Below, piece by piece: positions 38,038 through 47,963 of a stretch of DNA of 64,000 nt; the stretch's first letter is position 1; each line of letters starts with the position of its first letter. This DNA comes from Bacteroidia bacterium. Lineage in GTDB: Bacteria > Bacteroidota > Bacteroidia > Bacteroidales > VadinHA17. Both the position numbers and the translations under genes were made by a program. The DNA is taken from the NCBI GenBank assembly GCA_026391215.1, contig JAPLDX010000058.1, forward strand, positions 82,119 to 146,118. The letters are read 5' to 3'. The notes beneath the pieces are model-generated. The model searched no databases and was not told where the DNA came from. It worked only from the letters and a program-made list of their open reading frames with translations.

Positions 38038-38444
38038 TTGGCTTTGAAAGTCATACGGATATTAAAAGGATTGGACTGGTCAAGAGGATTAGGAACAATG
38101 GTTGTTATCTTCAATGAGGTTTTTGTCAGTTCCTTTATATTTGTAACGATTGGGAGCACAAGAGAATCAGCTATTATAGTTATCTGTGTTTCTTCAACAT
38201 TGAATCTCCACGTTCCTTTATAATTTCCAAAATTACCTGTTCCATCCTCCCTGAATTTTGCATCGCCCTTGAATTTTTCAAGAACACCTCCGGATCCGCT
38301 GCCGTCAGCACCATTTGCCAGAAGACTGTCAGTCGCCCATGTCGGTTCTGTCAGCAGCTTGAACCTTTCCGACCTGTCATCCTTATTGCAGGAGAATACC
38401 AGCAAACATGCTGAAATAAATACTAATAATGCGAGATTTTTCAT
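38034..38444 (-). CDS. Lipoprotein, lipocalin-like
   Basis: Lipobox VFSC, LLT..TW, F.EDGT, GTWRF and IKELT..SL. It overlaps the TBDR start by 4 bp. Confidence 0.75.
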   Translation of the reverse strand: MKNLALLVFISACLLVFSCNKDDRSERFKLLTEPTWATDSLLANGADGSGSGGVLEKFKGDAKFREDGTGNFGNYKGTWRFNVEETQITIIADSLVLPIVTNIKELTKTSLKITTIVPNPLDQSNPFNIRMTFKAK

Positions 38445-38502
38445 AATAATCAGGATTATCGGTTATCTGTACAATCAAAGATAAGAAACTTTTTTCTGAT
38501 CC

Positions 38503-38606
38503 ACCTCATCCCCCCACCCCCTTCTCCCAAGAGAGAAGGGGGAATCAATTGTTATACAATACTTTAACTCCCCTCCCTCCTGGGGGAGGGGGTTGGGGGG
38601 AGAGGT
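38503..38606. repeat. GC-rich cruciform REP/MITE-like element (copy 4)
   Basis: Outer ACCTC..CCCCC / GGGGG..GAGGT; inner CCCCTTCTC..GAGAAGGGG and CCCCTCCC-TCCTGG-GGGAGGGG. The latter is nearly identical to copy 2. Confidence 0.82.
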
Positions 38607-38754
38607 CAAGAAGATAGAGAAGAAGCCAGAATCTAAGGCAGAAAAATGCAGAATAAGAAAAGAATGTCCAAAAATCCAAGATCTTTCTTTTTTTTGTCTT
38701 GAGTTTATATCGTCAATTATGTTTCCTATTTTTGAAAGAACAAACCTCACTATC

Positions 38755-40623
38755 ATGAAAGATCAAAAAGCTGTAAGAAAAAGTATTGTACTTCTGACAA
38801 TACTGTTATGCTGTATAGCTTCACTGAATTCATCTGCCCAGCCTGTTGTGGGGCTTGATAACTGGTTTAACCGGGAGACCAATGCAAAGACAGGACAGCC
38901 ATACCATTACCTCTGGACCGATACCGAGTGGAGCGGATATTCAAGGTTTGGTGCAATATTTCAAAACAAGGGCGCCAGGATCACAACAATTGAAAAGCCT
39001 CTTCCAGCCACATTAAGCGGCATTGATATCTATATAATTGTCGATCCTGACACTATAAAAGAATCTCCATCGCCTAATTATATCCAGGCTGATGATGCAA
39101 AGGCTATAAAGAAGTGGGTTAAGAAGGGAGGCGTCCTGGCGATACTGGCAAACGATGCGCCTAACTGCGAATTCACACACCTGAATAAAATGATGTCGCA
39201 ATTCGGTATTACCTTTAATCATGTGACGCTGCATCCTGTCTCAAACAATAACTGGGAAATGGGAGCCTGCATTAACCTGCCTGCACATCCTCTTTTTAAA
39301 GGTGTCTCAAAGATCTATATCAAAGAGGTTTCTGATATAAATCTTTCAGGAAAGGCAAAGGCTGTTCTTACTGAAAACGGCAAAGTGCTGATAGCTGAAA
39401 ACAAGTATGGAAAGGGATATGTTTTTGCTATCGGCGACCCATGGATATATAACGAATACATTGACCATGACCGCCTCCCCGAAAGCTTTGAAAACAGGAA
39501 AGCAGCAGAAAACCTGGCCGATATGCTGCTGGATTACACAGTGATGCCCCTGGTCGCCCAGCCGGTTTCCAAAGAAAAGACTATGCAAGCAATGGTTCTG
39601 GCCAATAAGTACTTCATGGAAAAATGGCCTGATGTGGGAAAAACTATTATCACCGAGCGTGAACGTCCTAGCAACATCTGGACCCGCGGAACCTATTATG
39701 AAGGATTGATGGCTCTTTATAAGCTTAATCCCGATCCTGTGTATCTGAATTATGCTGTAAGCTGGGGAGAATTTCATAAATGGGGATTACGAAATGGTAT
39801 CACAACCCGCAATGGCGATGATCAGTGCTGCGGACAGACTTACATTGATCTTTATTTTCTGGATCCTTTAAAAGAAGAAAGGATCAGGGATATAAAAGCC
39901 TGCATCGATAATATGATCGCAACTGATAAAATTGACGACTGGAGCTGGATAGACCTTTTGCACATGTCATTGCCGGTCTTTGCCCGTCTTGGTTATATCT
40001 ATAAGGATAACAGGTACTTCGACCGGGCATATGAAATGTTTATGTTCACAAAAACAAAGCATGGGACAAACGGGCTGTACAATACTACTGATCATCTGTG
40101 GTATCGTGACAAGGATTTCGTTCCACCCTATAAAGAGCCAAACGGTAATAATTGTTACTGGTCGCGCGGAAACGGCTGGGTGCTTGCGGCACTGGCACGT
40201 ACTATGGAATATCTACCCGAAAACAGTATATACAAAAATGAATTATTGAGTACTTATATGGAAATGGTTGATGCTCTTGTTGCATGCCAGCGCGATGATG
40301 GCTTCTGGAACGTGAGCCTTCTTGATCCTTCAAATTTCGGAGGGAAAGAACTTACTGGGACATCCCTCTTTGTATATGGAATAGCATGGGGGATAAATAA
40401 TGGAATACTTGATGAGAGGTATATTCCGACTGTTCAAAGAGCATGGATAGGGCTTGTGGAAGATTGTCTTCACCCTGATGGTTTTCTGGGATATGTGCAG
40501 GGTACAGGAAAGCAACCCTCAGATAGCCAGCCTGTTCGATATGATAATGTTCCGAACTTTGAAGATTTCGGACTTGGATGCTTCCTTCTCGCCGGTTCTG
40601 AAATGTACAAAATTGAAAAATAA
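38755..40623 (+). CDS. DUF4350/GATase-like domain fused to a GH88/GH105 unsaturated glycuronyl hydrolase
   Basis: True start MKDQK with a signal peptide. N-domain IIVDPD, ND..NCEF, GDPWIYNEY; C-domain WTRGTYYEG, WSWID, WSRGNGW and GYVQGTG. Confidence 0.85.
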   Translation: MKDQKAVRKSIVLLTILLCCIASLNSSAQPVVGLDNWFNRETNAKTGQPYHYLWTDTEWSGYSRFGAIFQNKGARITTIEKPLPATLSGIDIYIIVDPDTIKESPSPNYIQADDAKAIKKWVKKGGVLAILANDAPNCEFTHLNKMMSQFGITFNHVTLHPVSNNNWEMGACINLPAHPLFKGVSKIYIKEVSDINLSGKAKAVLTENGKVLIAENKYGKGYVFAIGDPWIYNEYIDHDRLPESFENRKAAENLADMLLDYTVMPLVAQPVSKEKTMQAMVLANKYFMEKWPDVGKTIITERERPSNIWTRGTYYEGLMALYKLNPDPVYLNYAVSWGEFHKWGLRNGITTRNGDDQCCGQTYIDLYFLDPLKEERIRDIKACIDNMIATDKIDDWSWIDLLHMSLPVFARLGYIYKDNRYFDRAYEMFMFTKTKHGTNGLYNTTDHLWYRDKDFVPPYKEPNGNNCYWSRGNGWVLAALARTMEYLPENSIYKNELLSTYMEMVDALVACQRDDGFWNVSLLDPSNFGGKELTGTSLFVYGIAWGINNGILDERYIPTVQRAWIGLVEDCLHPDGFLGYVQGTGKQPSDSQPVRYDNVPNFEDFGLGCFLLAGSEMYKIEK

Positions 40624-40668
40624 ATCCATTAAGCGTGATATGGAAGAAGGAAGGAGAGAAGAGAGGAA

Positions 40669-40729
<61 letters not shown>

Positions 40730-40769
40730 ACGACTTTAAAGAAGGTTTGAATAATTAAATATTGATAAA

Positions 40770-42038
40770 ATGAAAAAGTTATTTATCTCACAGTTTGTAT
40801 TGCTGGCTCTTCTGAGTTTCAGTTCATGTGATAAGGCGCCTGTTTTAAAGGATGGTTCTCCGGAGTCGGTTTGTATGTCAACAGAGCGGTTAATCCGGAT
40901 TGACAAAATGATTCAACAGGGCATTGACAGCGGCTGGATAGCAGGTGCCGTAGGATTCATCGCTCATGATGGAAAAATTATCTACAACAAATCATTCGGA
41001 GTTATCGATCCTGAATCAAAGACCCCGATGCAGACAGACAACATTTTCCGCATTGCATCGCAGTCAAAAGCCATAATCAGCATAGGAGCTATGATGCTTT
41101 TTGAGGAGGGGAAATTCCTTCTTGATGATCCGGTTTCAAAATACATTCCAGAATTTGCCAACCAGCAGGTGATTGACAAATTCAATGAAAAGGACACAAC
41201 ATATACGACAGTTCCTGCAAAAAGGGCGGTCACTATCCGGGACCTTTTCACTCATACTTCCGGGATTGACTATGCAGGGATAGGTTCACCGTCTATGAGG
41301 GCAATATATGCCAGGGCTGGTATTGCAGCCGGATTTGGAAGCGATAAAGCTCTGATAGGTAATGAGATGAAGGATCTCGGGAAACTGCCTCTTGCTCATC
41401 AACCCGGAGAAAAATGGACCTATGGGCTGAATGTGGATGTTCTTGGGTACCTAATAGAGATATGGTCAGGAGAGAAGCTTGATCAGTATCTCAAAAAACG
41501 CCTTTTCGAACCTCTGGGCATGAACGATACATATTTCTATCTGCCTCCTGAAAAGCAGAGCAGGCTGGTAAAGGTAAATACTGAAGATGAAAATCATCAC
41601 GTGACAGCTCTGAAGAATGATTATTTTGATTATCCTTTAATGGCGAATGGCACATATTTTTCAGGCGGTGCCGGATTAAGCTCAACTACAAAGGATTATG
41701 CCACATTCCTGCAGATGCTTCTGAACAATGGAGAATATAACGGGAAAAGGCTTCTTTCAAGGCGTACAGTTGAACTGATCACATCAAATCAGATAGGTGA
41801 CCTGAATGTCGGCCGCGACAAGTTCGGTCTTGGCTTTGAGATCGTAACCGAAGAAGGTCAGGCCGTACTGGGATTATCGGAAGGATCATTCCTGTGGGGA
41901 GGTTACTTCGCAACGGACTACTGGGCTGATCCGAAGGAAAGAATTGTCGGACTTATATTCCTGCAGCAGTTTCCTATGAGTCATGGCGAGATCCATAGAA
42001 AGTTCATGGCTATGGTTTACCAGGCGCTGGATGATTAG
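40770..42038 (+). CDS. Serine hydrolase (beta-lactamase-related esterase/peptidase), lipoprotein
   Basis: FRIASQSK (SxxK), LFTHTSG, PGEKWTY and WGG. Confidence 0.9.
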   Translation: MKKLFISQFVLLALLSFSSCDKAPVLKDGSPESVCMSTERLIRIDKMIQQGIDSGWIAGAVGFIAHDGKIIYNKSFGVIDPESKTPMQTDNIFRIASQSKAIISIGAMMLFEEGKFLLDDPVSKYIPEFANQQVIDKFNEKDTTYTTVPAKRAVTIRDLFTHTSGIDYAGIGSPSMRAIYARAGIAAGFGSDKALIGNEMKDLGKLPLAHQPGEKWTYGLNVDVLGYLIEIWSGEKLDQYLKKRLFEPLGMNDTYFYLPPEKQSRLVKVNTEDENHHVTALKNDYFDYPLMANGTYFSGGAGLSSTTKDYATFLQMLLNNGEYNGKRLLSRRTVELITSNQIGDLNVGRDKFGLGFEIVTEEGQAVLGLSEGSFLWGGYFATDYWADPKERIVGLIFLQQFPMSHGEIHRKFMAMVYQALDD

Positions 42039-42111
42039 AAACCTATAAAGAAACCCCCCCCTTGCCTCCCGGCCAGTCGGTCGGGACAGGCTCTCCAAGG
42101 AGTGGATCTTT

Positions 42112-43263
42112 TTAGTACTTTTTGAGCAGCTCCAGCAGCTTGCTATCAAGCTTATGCCCATACCAGTCGGTGTATTCAACGTCAGCACGTCCTGAATCAA
42201 GGATACCAAAGTCGCCCCTGAAGTTCCACAGCGCATATCCTATACCTGCATTTGTCAGGATATCAATAACATCTCCGAACCATGCAAGGAATACATTATG
42301 AGGTGTCTTGTTATAGCATCCGCATTCACCGCAGTGAACGCCAACTCCCTGGTCTTTAAGATTAATCCATGGCTTATAAAACTCTTCAAGCTGCTCCCTT
42401 CCGTAATATTTGCCGTCGATGGTACCCGGCCATACCGGCATAGGAGCCTGTGACGGATCTTTCCATACCCAGGAGGCCTGGTAGTGCGAGACCAGCCCGG
42501 GATAATATCCGCGGCAGCTTTGAGCAATATTAAGATCTGTCAGCTCAGGGATCACATTACTGCCACCGCTGTTCCCATCTGCAACTATCAGACGATCAGG
42601 GTTTACCGCCCTGATGACCTTTACGGCGCCTTCTGCAACCTTCCTGTAAATGTCGCCAGGCACCGGACCTTTTTTCGCATACTGATCATTCATATCTTCA
42701 ATGTAGGCCGGTTCATTCAAAAGGTCAAAACTGAGCTTATCTGCCGAAATTGTTTTGTATCGTTCTGCCCACATTTTCCAGTGAGCATAAAAGGCATCCT
42801 GTGCTCCTTCATCCTTCCAGAGGTTGAAAGGCTCATGGAAACCTGCATTTATGCAGTAGCCGGGGCCCCTGTGGAGGTTAAGGCTGACATGGAGATTATA
42901 TTTATTCGCCATAAATACAAGGTTATCAACCTCTTCCAGTACTTTCTGGTCAAAGTTATAAACCTCTTCAATTGTTATATCCCTGGCACGGTCAAAATCG
43001 AGGTAACGAGGGTAAGCCATTGGTATCCGCACAAAATCAAATCCCCAGTCTGCCATCCATTTAAAGTCATCTTCGGTTGTCCGGCTGCCTCCTCCCGGAG
43101 CACTGGGCGGTACAGGTGAAAACAGATCGAGAAGATTAAAGCCCTTCCAGCGGGGTAAATTATTCTTGACCACAGAAGGAGACGCATCGTACCTTGCAAG
43201 TGTGAGTCCGGCTGCAGCAACCATTGTGTTCTTAAGGAATAGACGACGTTTCATTTTATTCAT
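42112..43263 (-). CDS. GH5 glycoside hydrolase, Tat-exported
   Basis: RRLFLK Tat motif, GFDFVRIP, NLHR.PG, LLNEP (acid/base), GECG (nucleophile) and ALWNF. Confidence 0.9.
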   Translation of the reverse strand: MNKMKRRLFLKNTMVAAAGLTLARYDASPSVVKNNLPRWKGFNLLDLFSPVPPSAPGGGSRTTEDDFKWMADWGFDFVRIPMAYPRYLDFDRARDITIEEVYNFDQKVLEEVDNLVFMANKYNLHVSLNLHRGPGYCINAGFHEPFNLWKDEGAQDAFYAHWKMWAERYKTISADKLSFDLLNEPAYIEDMNDQYAKKGPVPGDIYRKVAEGAVKVIRAVNPDRLIVADGNSGGSNVIPELTDLNIAQSCRGYYPGLVSHYQASWVWKDPSQAPMPVWPGTIDGKYYGREQLEEFYKPWINLKDQGVGVHCGECGCYNKTPHNVFLAWFGDVIDILTNAGIGYALWNFRGDFGILDSGRADVEYTDWYGHKLDSKLLELLKKY

Positions 43264-43273
43264 TATAGGTTGT

Positions 43274-46065
43274 TTACTTAATTTTCTTCACAGGCGCTAT
43301 TGTCACAGGCCCGATGAGTCCCGATTCCCTTGGCTGCCATGAGGACGCATTGAAGATGCCATCCTTTGAGTTCTGTCTCAGCCTCGCCGCAAAATTAACG
43401 TTCAGGAATTTCTTCCATTCAATATTATTGCGGTCCATATATGCTATCCGGTTTGCCATCAGGTTTGATACCTTTATTTCGAGGGTGTTCTTCTTTTTGA
43501 TTTGTTTTTTGTCAATAATCATTTTAAAATCAGGGCCTATCAGTGATCCGAGATCTTTACCATTCAACATCACATAAGCGCTTTCACAAACCCTTCCAAG
43601 GTTAAGCTCCCAGGCATCAGCCTTTTCTTTCGGTCTGGTAAAGCTTATTGAGTATTTTGCCGTACCTGAAAAATCTTTCAGTGAGGCATCACTAAAATCT
43701 GTCCATGAAAGAAGTTTTGTAATCTCAGAGCTTGCCGGCAATGATGGTCCTCCGTCTGTGAATTCAACTTTCCAGGTTCCCGTGATCTCTTTTGCCATCG
43801 CAGCATGATCGTAATAAGGATAAGGTAATCCTTCAGGCTTTACCTGGTATGTTGTCAGTATCAGGGACTCACCGGGATACATTCTTGCATAAACTTCAAT
43901 CGATCCGGACTTTCCTGTCCTGTATCCTGCCATGCCGAAATTAGCATTCATCGGATTGAAAATGGCTGCCGATGAGGCATTTACATAAAGAGGTATCCAT
44001 CCGTCGTATGCTTTTTCCCCCTAAATCTCAGATGATCATCAGACATTGTCTCTCGCCTGATCTTTGCAAAGGTGAGGAGCTGTTCCAGATTTTTTCCTGT
44101 AAGTATCATTCCTTTGCCGTAAACAGTCCCGAACACCTCCGGATTATTAGTCGGAGAGAAATTGATCCCGGCTTTCATCTGGTTGAAGAATGCTGTTTTT
44201 TCTTCTTTATCTGCCCATCCTGAAACATTTTTAGGAAGATCTCCGTATAATATTATTATGGCCCCTTCATAAGCCAGTTTCAGGATTTGAGAGAAAGTCT
44301 CTATCGGTATATATTCGGATCCGGGAAGAATAAGGGTTTTATAGATGTTCCCCTCGGTCTGTAAAAGGCCATCACTGAAAAAGGTGTTCTGTATCTGAAG
44401 GTCGGAGATATAATCATAGGCGAATCCCTTCTCAATCATTGATTCGGCAGCATCTTTAAAAGGAGTTCCGTTGTACGCCGGGCTTATTGCATCGAAATGT
44501 TCGAGCATACCTTTTCCATAATGTGCATATCTGTCGAATATTGGGAAATAGAGCAGGATATCGTTATCAGCCATTCCCTGCTGCAAAAATGACTGGACCC
44601 GTGCGACATACCCGTTAAGCGCGCGAAAATCTTTCCAGAGCGGATTTGAAGGAGTAAGTTCAACAGCAGCATAGAAAAGAAATCCGGGCCATGGTTCATT
44701 CTGCGGGGAATAGCAGGTACCGTGATAAAAAAGATGGTTTATACCGCTTACGAAAAACAGGTCAGCGCACTTTTTTATGTCCGACAGTGTGGAAATGAAG
44801 TGTTCATTAAGCCAGGTTGCAGCCTCACAGGAGGTGTATCGTTTACCCGTTACATTCGAAGCTGATGAGGCAAATTTAAGCTTTGTAATTTCACTTCCTT
44901 CCGTTTCAGGGATATCTGCTGCAGCATAGAGATCCAGGATATTTCCCGGTGATCCATGTGACTGGCTGCGTGTTGTTTTACCCTGCCTGTGAGCCCAGGT
45001 AGTCCATTGTGAAGAGAATTTTTCGAGCAACAGGTCAGAAATTGTTTGTCTGTAATCGGACAGGATACGGGCATTTTTTTCAGGGTCATCCTTCTGGAAT
45101 AGTGCAGGAAGATATTCGCTCAGGTCATACCCCCTTCTGATTCTGAACTCATATAACAGGTCATTTGTCCAGTTTGCCTGTCCTGAAGCATCGTCAACCT
45201 CGTAGGAATCATTGAAATAGCCTCTTAATGATTTTATATCATAATCCGCGAAGGCAGTATCAAAATGTTTGAGATATCTGCTGGTTGCCTGTCCTGAAAA
45301 ATGATCAATGACATCACCTTCGCCTCCCGGACCTGCCCTTTCAACCTGTTTGCCATGCCATCCGGGGAAGAGGGCGTAGATTGTCCAGTTTCCCGGAGGA
45401 GCTGTCCATTCAAGGTCTCTTTCCGGGGTAACCAGGCCTGAAAGGTTTACTGCCTTTCCTGAATCGGAATAAGCTATCACCGCCTGGACCGGAAGAGGTT
45501 TCTCAAATTTGATCTGGTCCATGGCATATAGCTGGAGATCTTTATTGCGGCTTAACGGATCCTTTAGTTTTGTGATATCAGGTTTCTGTCCTATAGGTCT
45601 CATAAGTGACGGCTGCCTGTATTCAATTTTTTCAGTGAGCTTTTCGCCGGTTCTGAGCGAATATGTTTTATAGTTGATATTCTTTGAGGCATCTTCAGGA
45701 TCGACCCATGGTCCGCCGAAAGGCCAGCCTGAGGCATTTGCCAGGTCAATACCGAGACCAAGCCGCTGCGCCTCATTAAGCGTATGTGTGAATACCTTCA
45801 TCCATTCAGGTGACAGGTAGTTTATGAATTTATTTTCCTGTCCCTTAACGCCATAAATAACAGTTAATTCCATGCCTCCAAGGCCTGCGTCCCTGTACTT
45901 TTCCAGGTTGGCAGTAATGCCGTCGGGAGTAACTATGCTGCCCGGCCACCACCAGCGTGTCCAGGGTTTGTTTTCGCGCGTTATATCAGGCCATGAAAGT
46001 TCCTGCGCAGATACAATTACCGAAATGAAAAGTAAAATACTGATTATTGGTAACTTTTTTTTCAT
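43274..46065 (-). pseudogene. GH106 alpha-L-rhamnosidase split into two ORFs (43981-46065 and 43274-44020) by a frameshift
   Basis: The 5' ORF has KPWTRWWWPG, GWPFGGP, FNDSYE and QSHGSPG. The -1 frame resumes at 44020 as GEKAYDGWIPLYVNASSAAIFNPM and continues to FSGTAKY...SGLIGPV. Confidence 0.8.
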
Positions 46066-46141
46066 GACAGGCAGAGTAAAAATGATAAATTTACCTAAAG
46101 ATATCTATTTTTATTATTTAACTTTTTTCTAAGACGCTACT

Positions 46142-46594
46142 ATGGAAAATATTGAAATTCATAAGGCTGATTATAAGGAACAGGGAATAGCTGCCCATCT
46201 TCTGGCGGATTCAGAGCCATGGATCACCTTGCGGATAAGTCTTGATCAGTGTCTCAAAAACTGTCATAATCCGGATTACCAGGTATATATGGCATATACT
46301 GCCAACAAACCATCCGGTATCATTATTGTTGATCCGAAAGGTGTGGCGGGGTCCCCATATATCAAGTCCGTGGCAGTTTATCCGGAATTCCGCGGAATGG
46401 GTGTAGGCGCAGCCCTTCTTACTTTCTCTGAGGATCTTTTCAGGGGCAGGTCAAAATATCTTTTTCTATGTGTATCATCATTCAATCTGCGTGCACAAAA
46501 GTTTTATGAAAAACATGGTTATAAGGTTGTTGGTGAATTAAAGGATTATGTCATAGAAGGCGCCTCGGAGATCCTCATTCATAAAAGATTATGA
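46142..46594 (+). CDS. GNAT family N-acetyltransferase
   Basis: VAVYPEFRGMGVG and N.RAQKFYEKHGY. Confidence 0.9.
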   Translation: MENIEIHKADYKEQGIAAHLLADSEPWITLRISLDQCLKNCHNPDYQVYMAYTANKPSGIIIVDPKGVAGSPYIKSVAVYPEFRGMGVGAALLTFSEDLFRGRSKYLFLCVSSFNLRAQKFYEKHGYKVVGELKDYVIEGASEILIHKRL

Positions 46595-47835
46595 AAGTCA
46601 AAGCAGCAAAGCCCTGGCCGATTGTCGCGATGCTGTGTGCGACCGCAACAGCAGGCTATATATGCCGTGTGAATGTTTCAACCGCGGCTCCTTTGCTGAT
46701 GGATGAGTTCGGCCTGTCCCAGATCGAAATGGGCCGTATTTTCAGTGCATTTCTTCTGGGATATGCGTTATTCCAGATCCCTTCAGGTATGGTTGCCGAC
46801 AGGTTCGGTGCACGAAGGGTTTTATCATGGGTTGTGTGGTTCTGGGTCATCATCACGGTTTTTCAAACATTTACCGGATGGGGAACCTTTCAATTCACAA
46901 CGGTCACTGCACTTATAGTTTTCATGATTTTCCGGTTTCTTATGGGCATTGCCGCTTCACCCACCTATCCGGGCTCGGCCCAGGGAGTTTCACAATGGGT
47001 CATGCCAAAGTTCCAGGGACGGGCCAACGGTATTGTAATTGCATCCATAGGACTTGGTTCTGCACTGGCTCCTCCGCTTATATCAAATATAATGGTAACC
47101 ATGGGCTGGCGGGCTGCATTGATTGCTTCTGCAATACCTGCACTGGTGATAGCTATTATATGGCTGAGGATCAAAGAGCCTGAACATATAAATTCATTTT
47201 CTCCTGCAGAAAATAGGGAACCTGATGCGGAAAGCAAAGGGAAGATAAAATCAGCTAGTTTTTACCTTCTGACTATCAGCTACACCCTTCAGGGTTATGT
47301 CGGATATATTTTTGTCACATGGTTTTACCTGTATCTTGTTCAGGAACGTCATTTCGGATTGCTGAGCGGTGCATGGATGAGCAGCCTGCCATGGATCCTG
47401 TCAATAATCTCAATACCACTGGGAGGATTCATCTCCGACAGGCTTGCTGCTGGAAGATCAGGACCTGTCTGGGGAAGAAGAATAGTCCCGATAGCCGGTA
47501 TGGCTTTATCGGGGATATTGATTTCCATTGGCGCTCATACTGCAAGCGCAGTGATGGCTGCAATAAGCCTTGCTTTCGCGACTGCGTTGATCCTTTGTGT
47601 CGAGGGTCCTTTCTGGGCCATGATGATGAGAATATCAGGTAATAAAAGCGGTACTGCCGGAGGAATAATGAATATGGGTAGTAACCTGGGCGGATTGTTA
47701 TCTCCGATGCTAACACCCATTATAGCGAGTTATATCGGATGGGAGAATGCCCTGCATGTTGCAGCTGTACTGGCTGTTATCGGGGCTTTGCTGTGGATAT
47801 GGATAAACCCCCCATCCCCCCTGAAGGGTGGCTAA
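46591..47835 (+). CDS. MFS transporter (ACS/sugar-acid type)
   Basis: 12 TM helices, YICRVNVS, FLLGYALFQIP.G..ADRFGAR and GIMNMG.N.GG. It overlaps the GNAT stop codon. Confidence 0.9.
   Translation: MKVKAAKPWPIVAMLCATATAGYICRVNVSTAAPLLMDEFGLSQIEMGRIFSAFLLGYALFQIPSGMVADRFGARRVLSWVVWFWVIITVFQTFTGWGTFQFTTVTALIVFMIFRFLMGIAASPTYPGSAQGVSQWVMPKFQGRANGIVIASIGLGSALAPPLISNIMVTMGWRAALIASAIPALVIAIIWLRIKEPEHINSFSPAENREPDAESKGKIKSASFYLLTISYTLQGYVGYIFVTWFYLYLVQERHFGLLSGAWMSSLPWILSIISIPLGGFISDRLAAGRSGPVWGRRIVPIAGMALSGILISIGAHTASAVMAAISLAFATALILCVEGPFWAMMMRISGNKSGTAGGIMNMGSNLGGLLSPMLTPIIASYIGWENALHVAAVLAVIGALLWIWINPPSPLKGG
47805..47835. repeat. Half copy of the cruciform element forming the MFS 3' end
   Basis: AACCCCCCATCCCCCCTGAAGGGTGGCTAA resembles the left arm of copy 1 and encodes NPPSPLKGG-stop. 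Confidence 0.55.
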
Positions 47836-47963
47836 TATTTAGTAATTACCAATAATAAGGTATTTCTTAATCCCAAGTTTATTCGCTTTTATCCCTTGTC
47901 ATTTGCTGGGCATAAACAGCCTGAGAAAATAGCATGATAAAGAAGAAGTATCTTTTAATTATA

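Noticed and set aside
38475-38756. 93-aa ORF and the 54-aa N-terminal extension of the GH105 ORF (from 38593)
   Set aside because: Both are read-throughs of repeat copy 4 (SPPNPLPQEGG, SPFSLGRRGWG). The real gene starts at 38755.
40770-42038. Antibiotic-resistance beta-lactamase
   Set aside because: The motifs fit the broad family-VIII esterase/serine hydrolase group, not class A/C/D enzymes. The MBL at 26052 likewise lacks a resistance context.
42484-43119. 211-aa plus-strand ORF and the many other short antisense ORFs in the track
   Set aside because: They lie wholly opposite well-supported genes and have no recognisable motifs; they are shadow ORFs.
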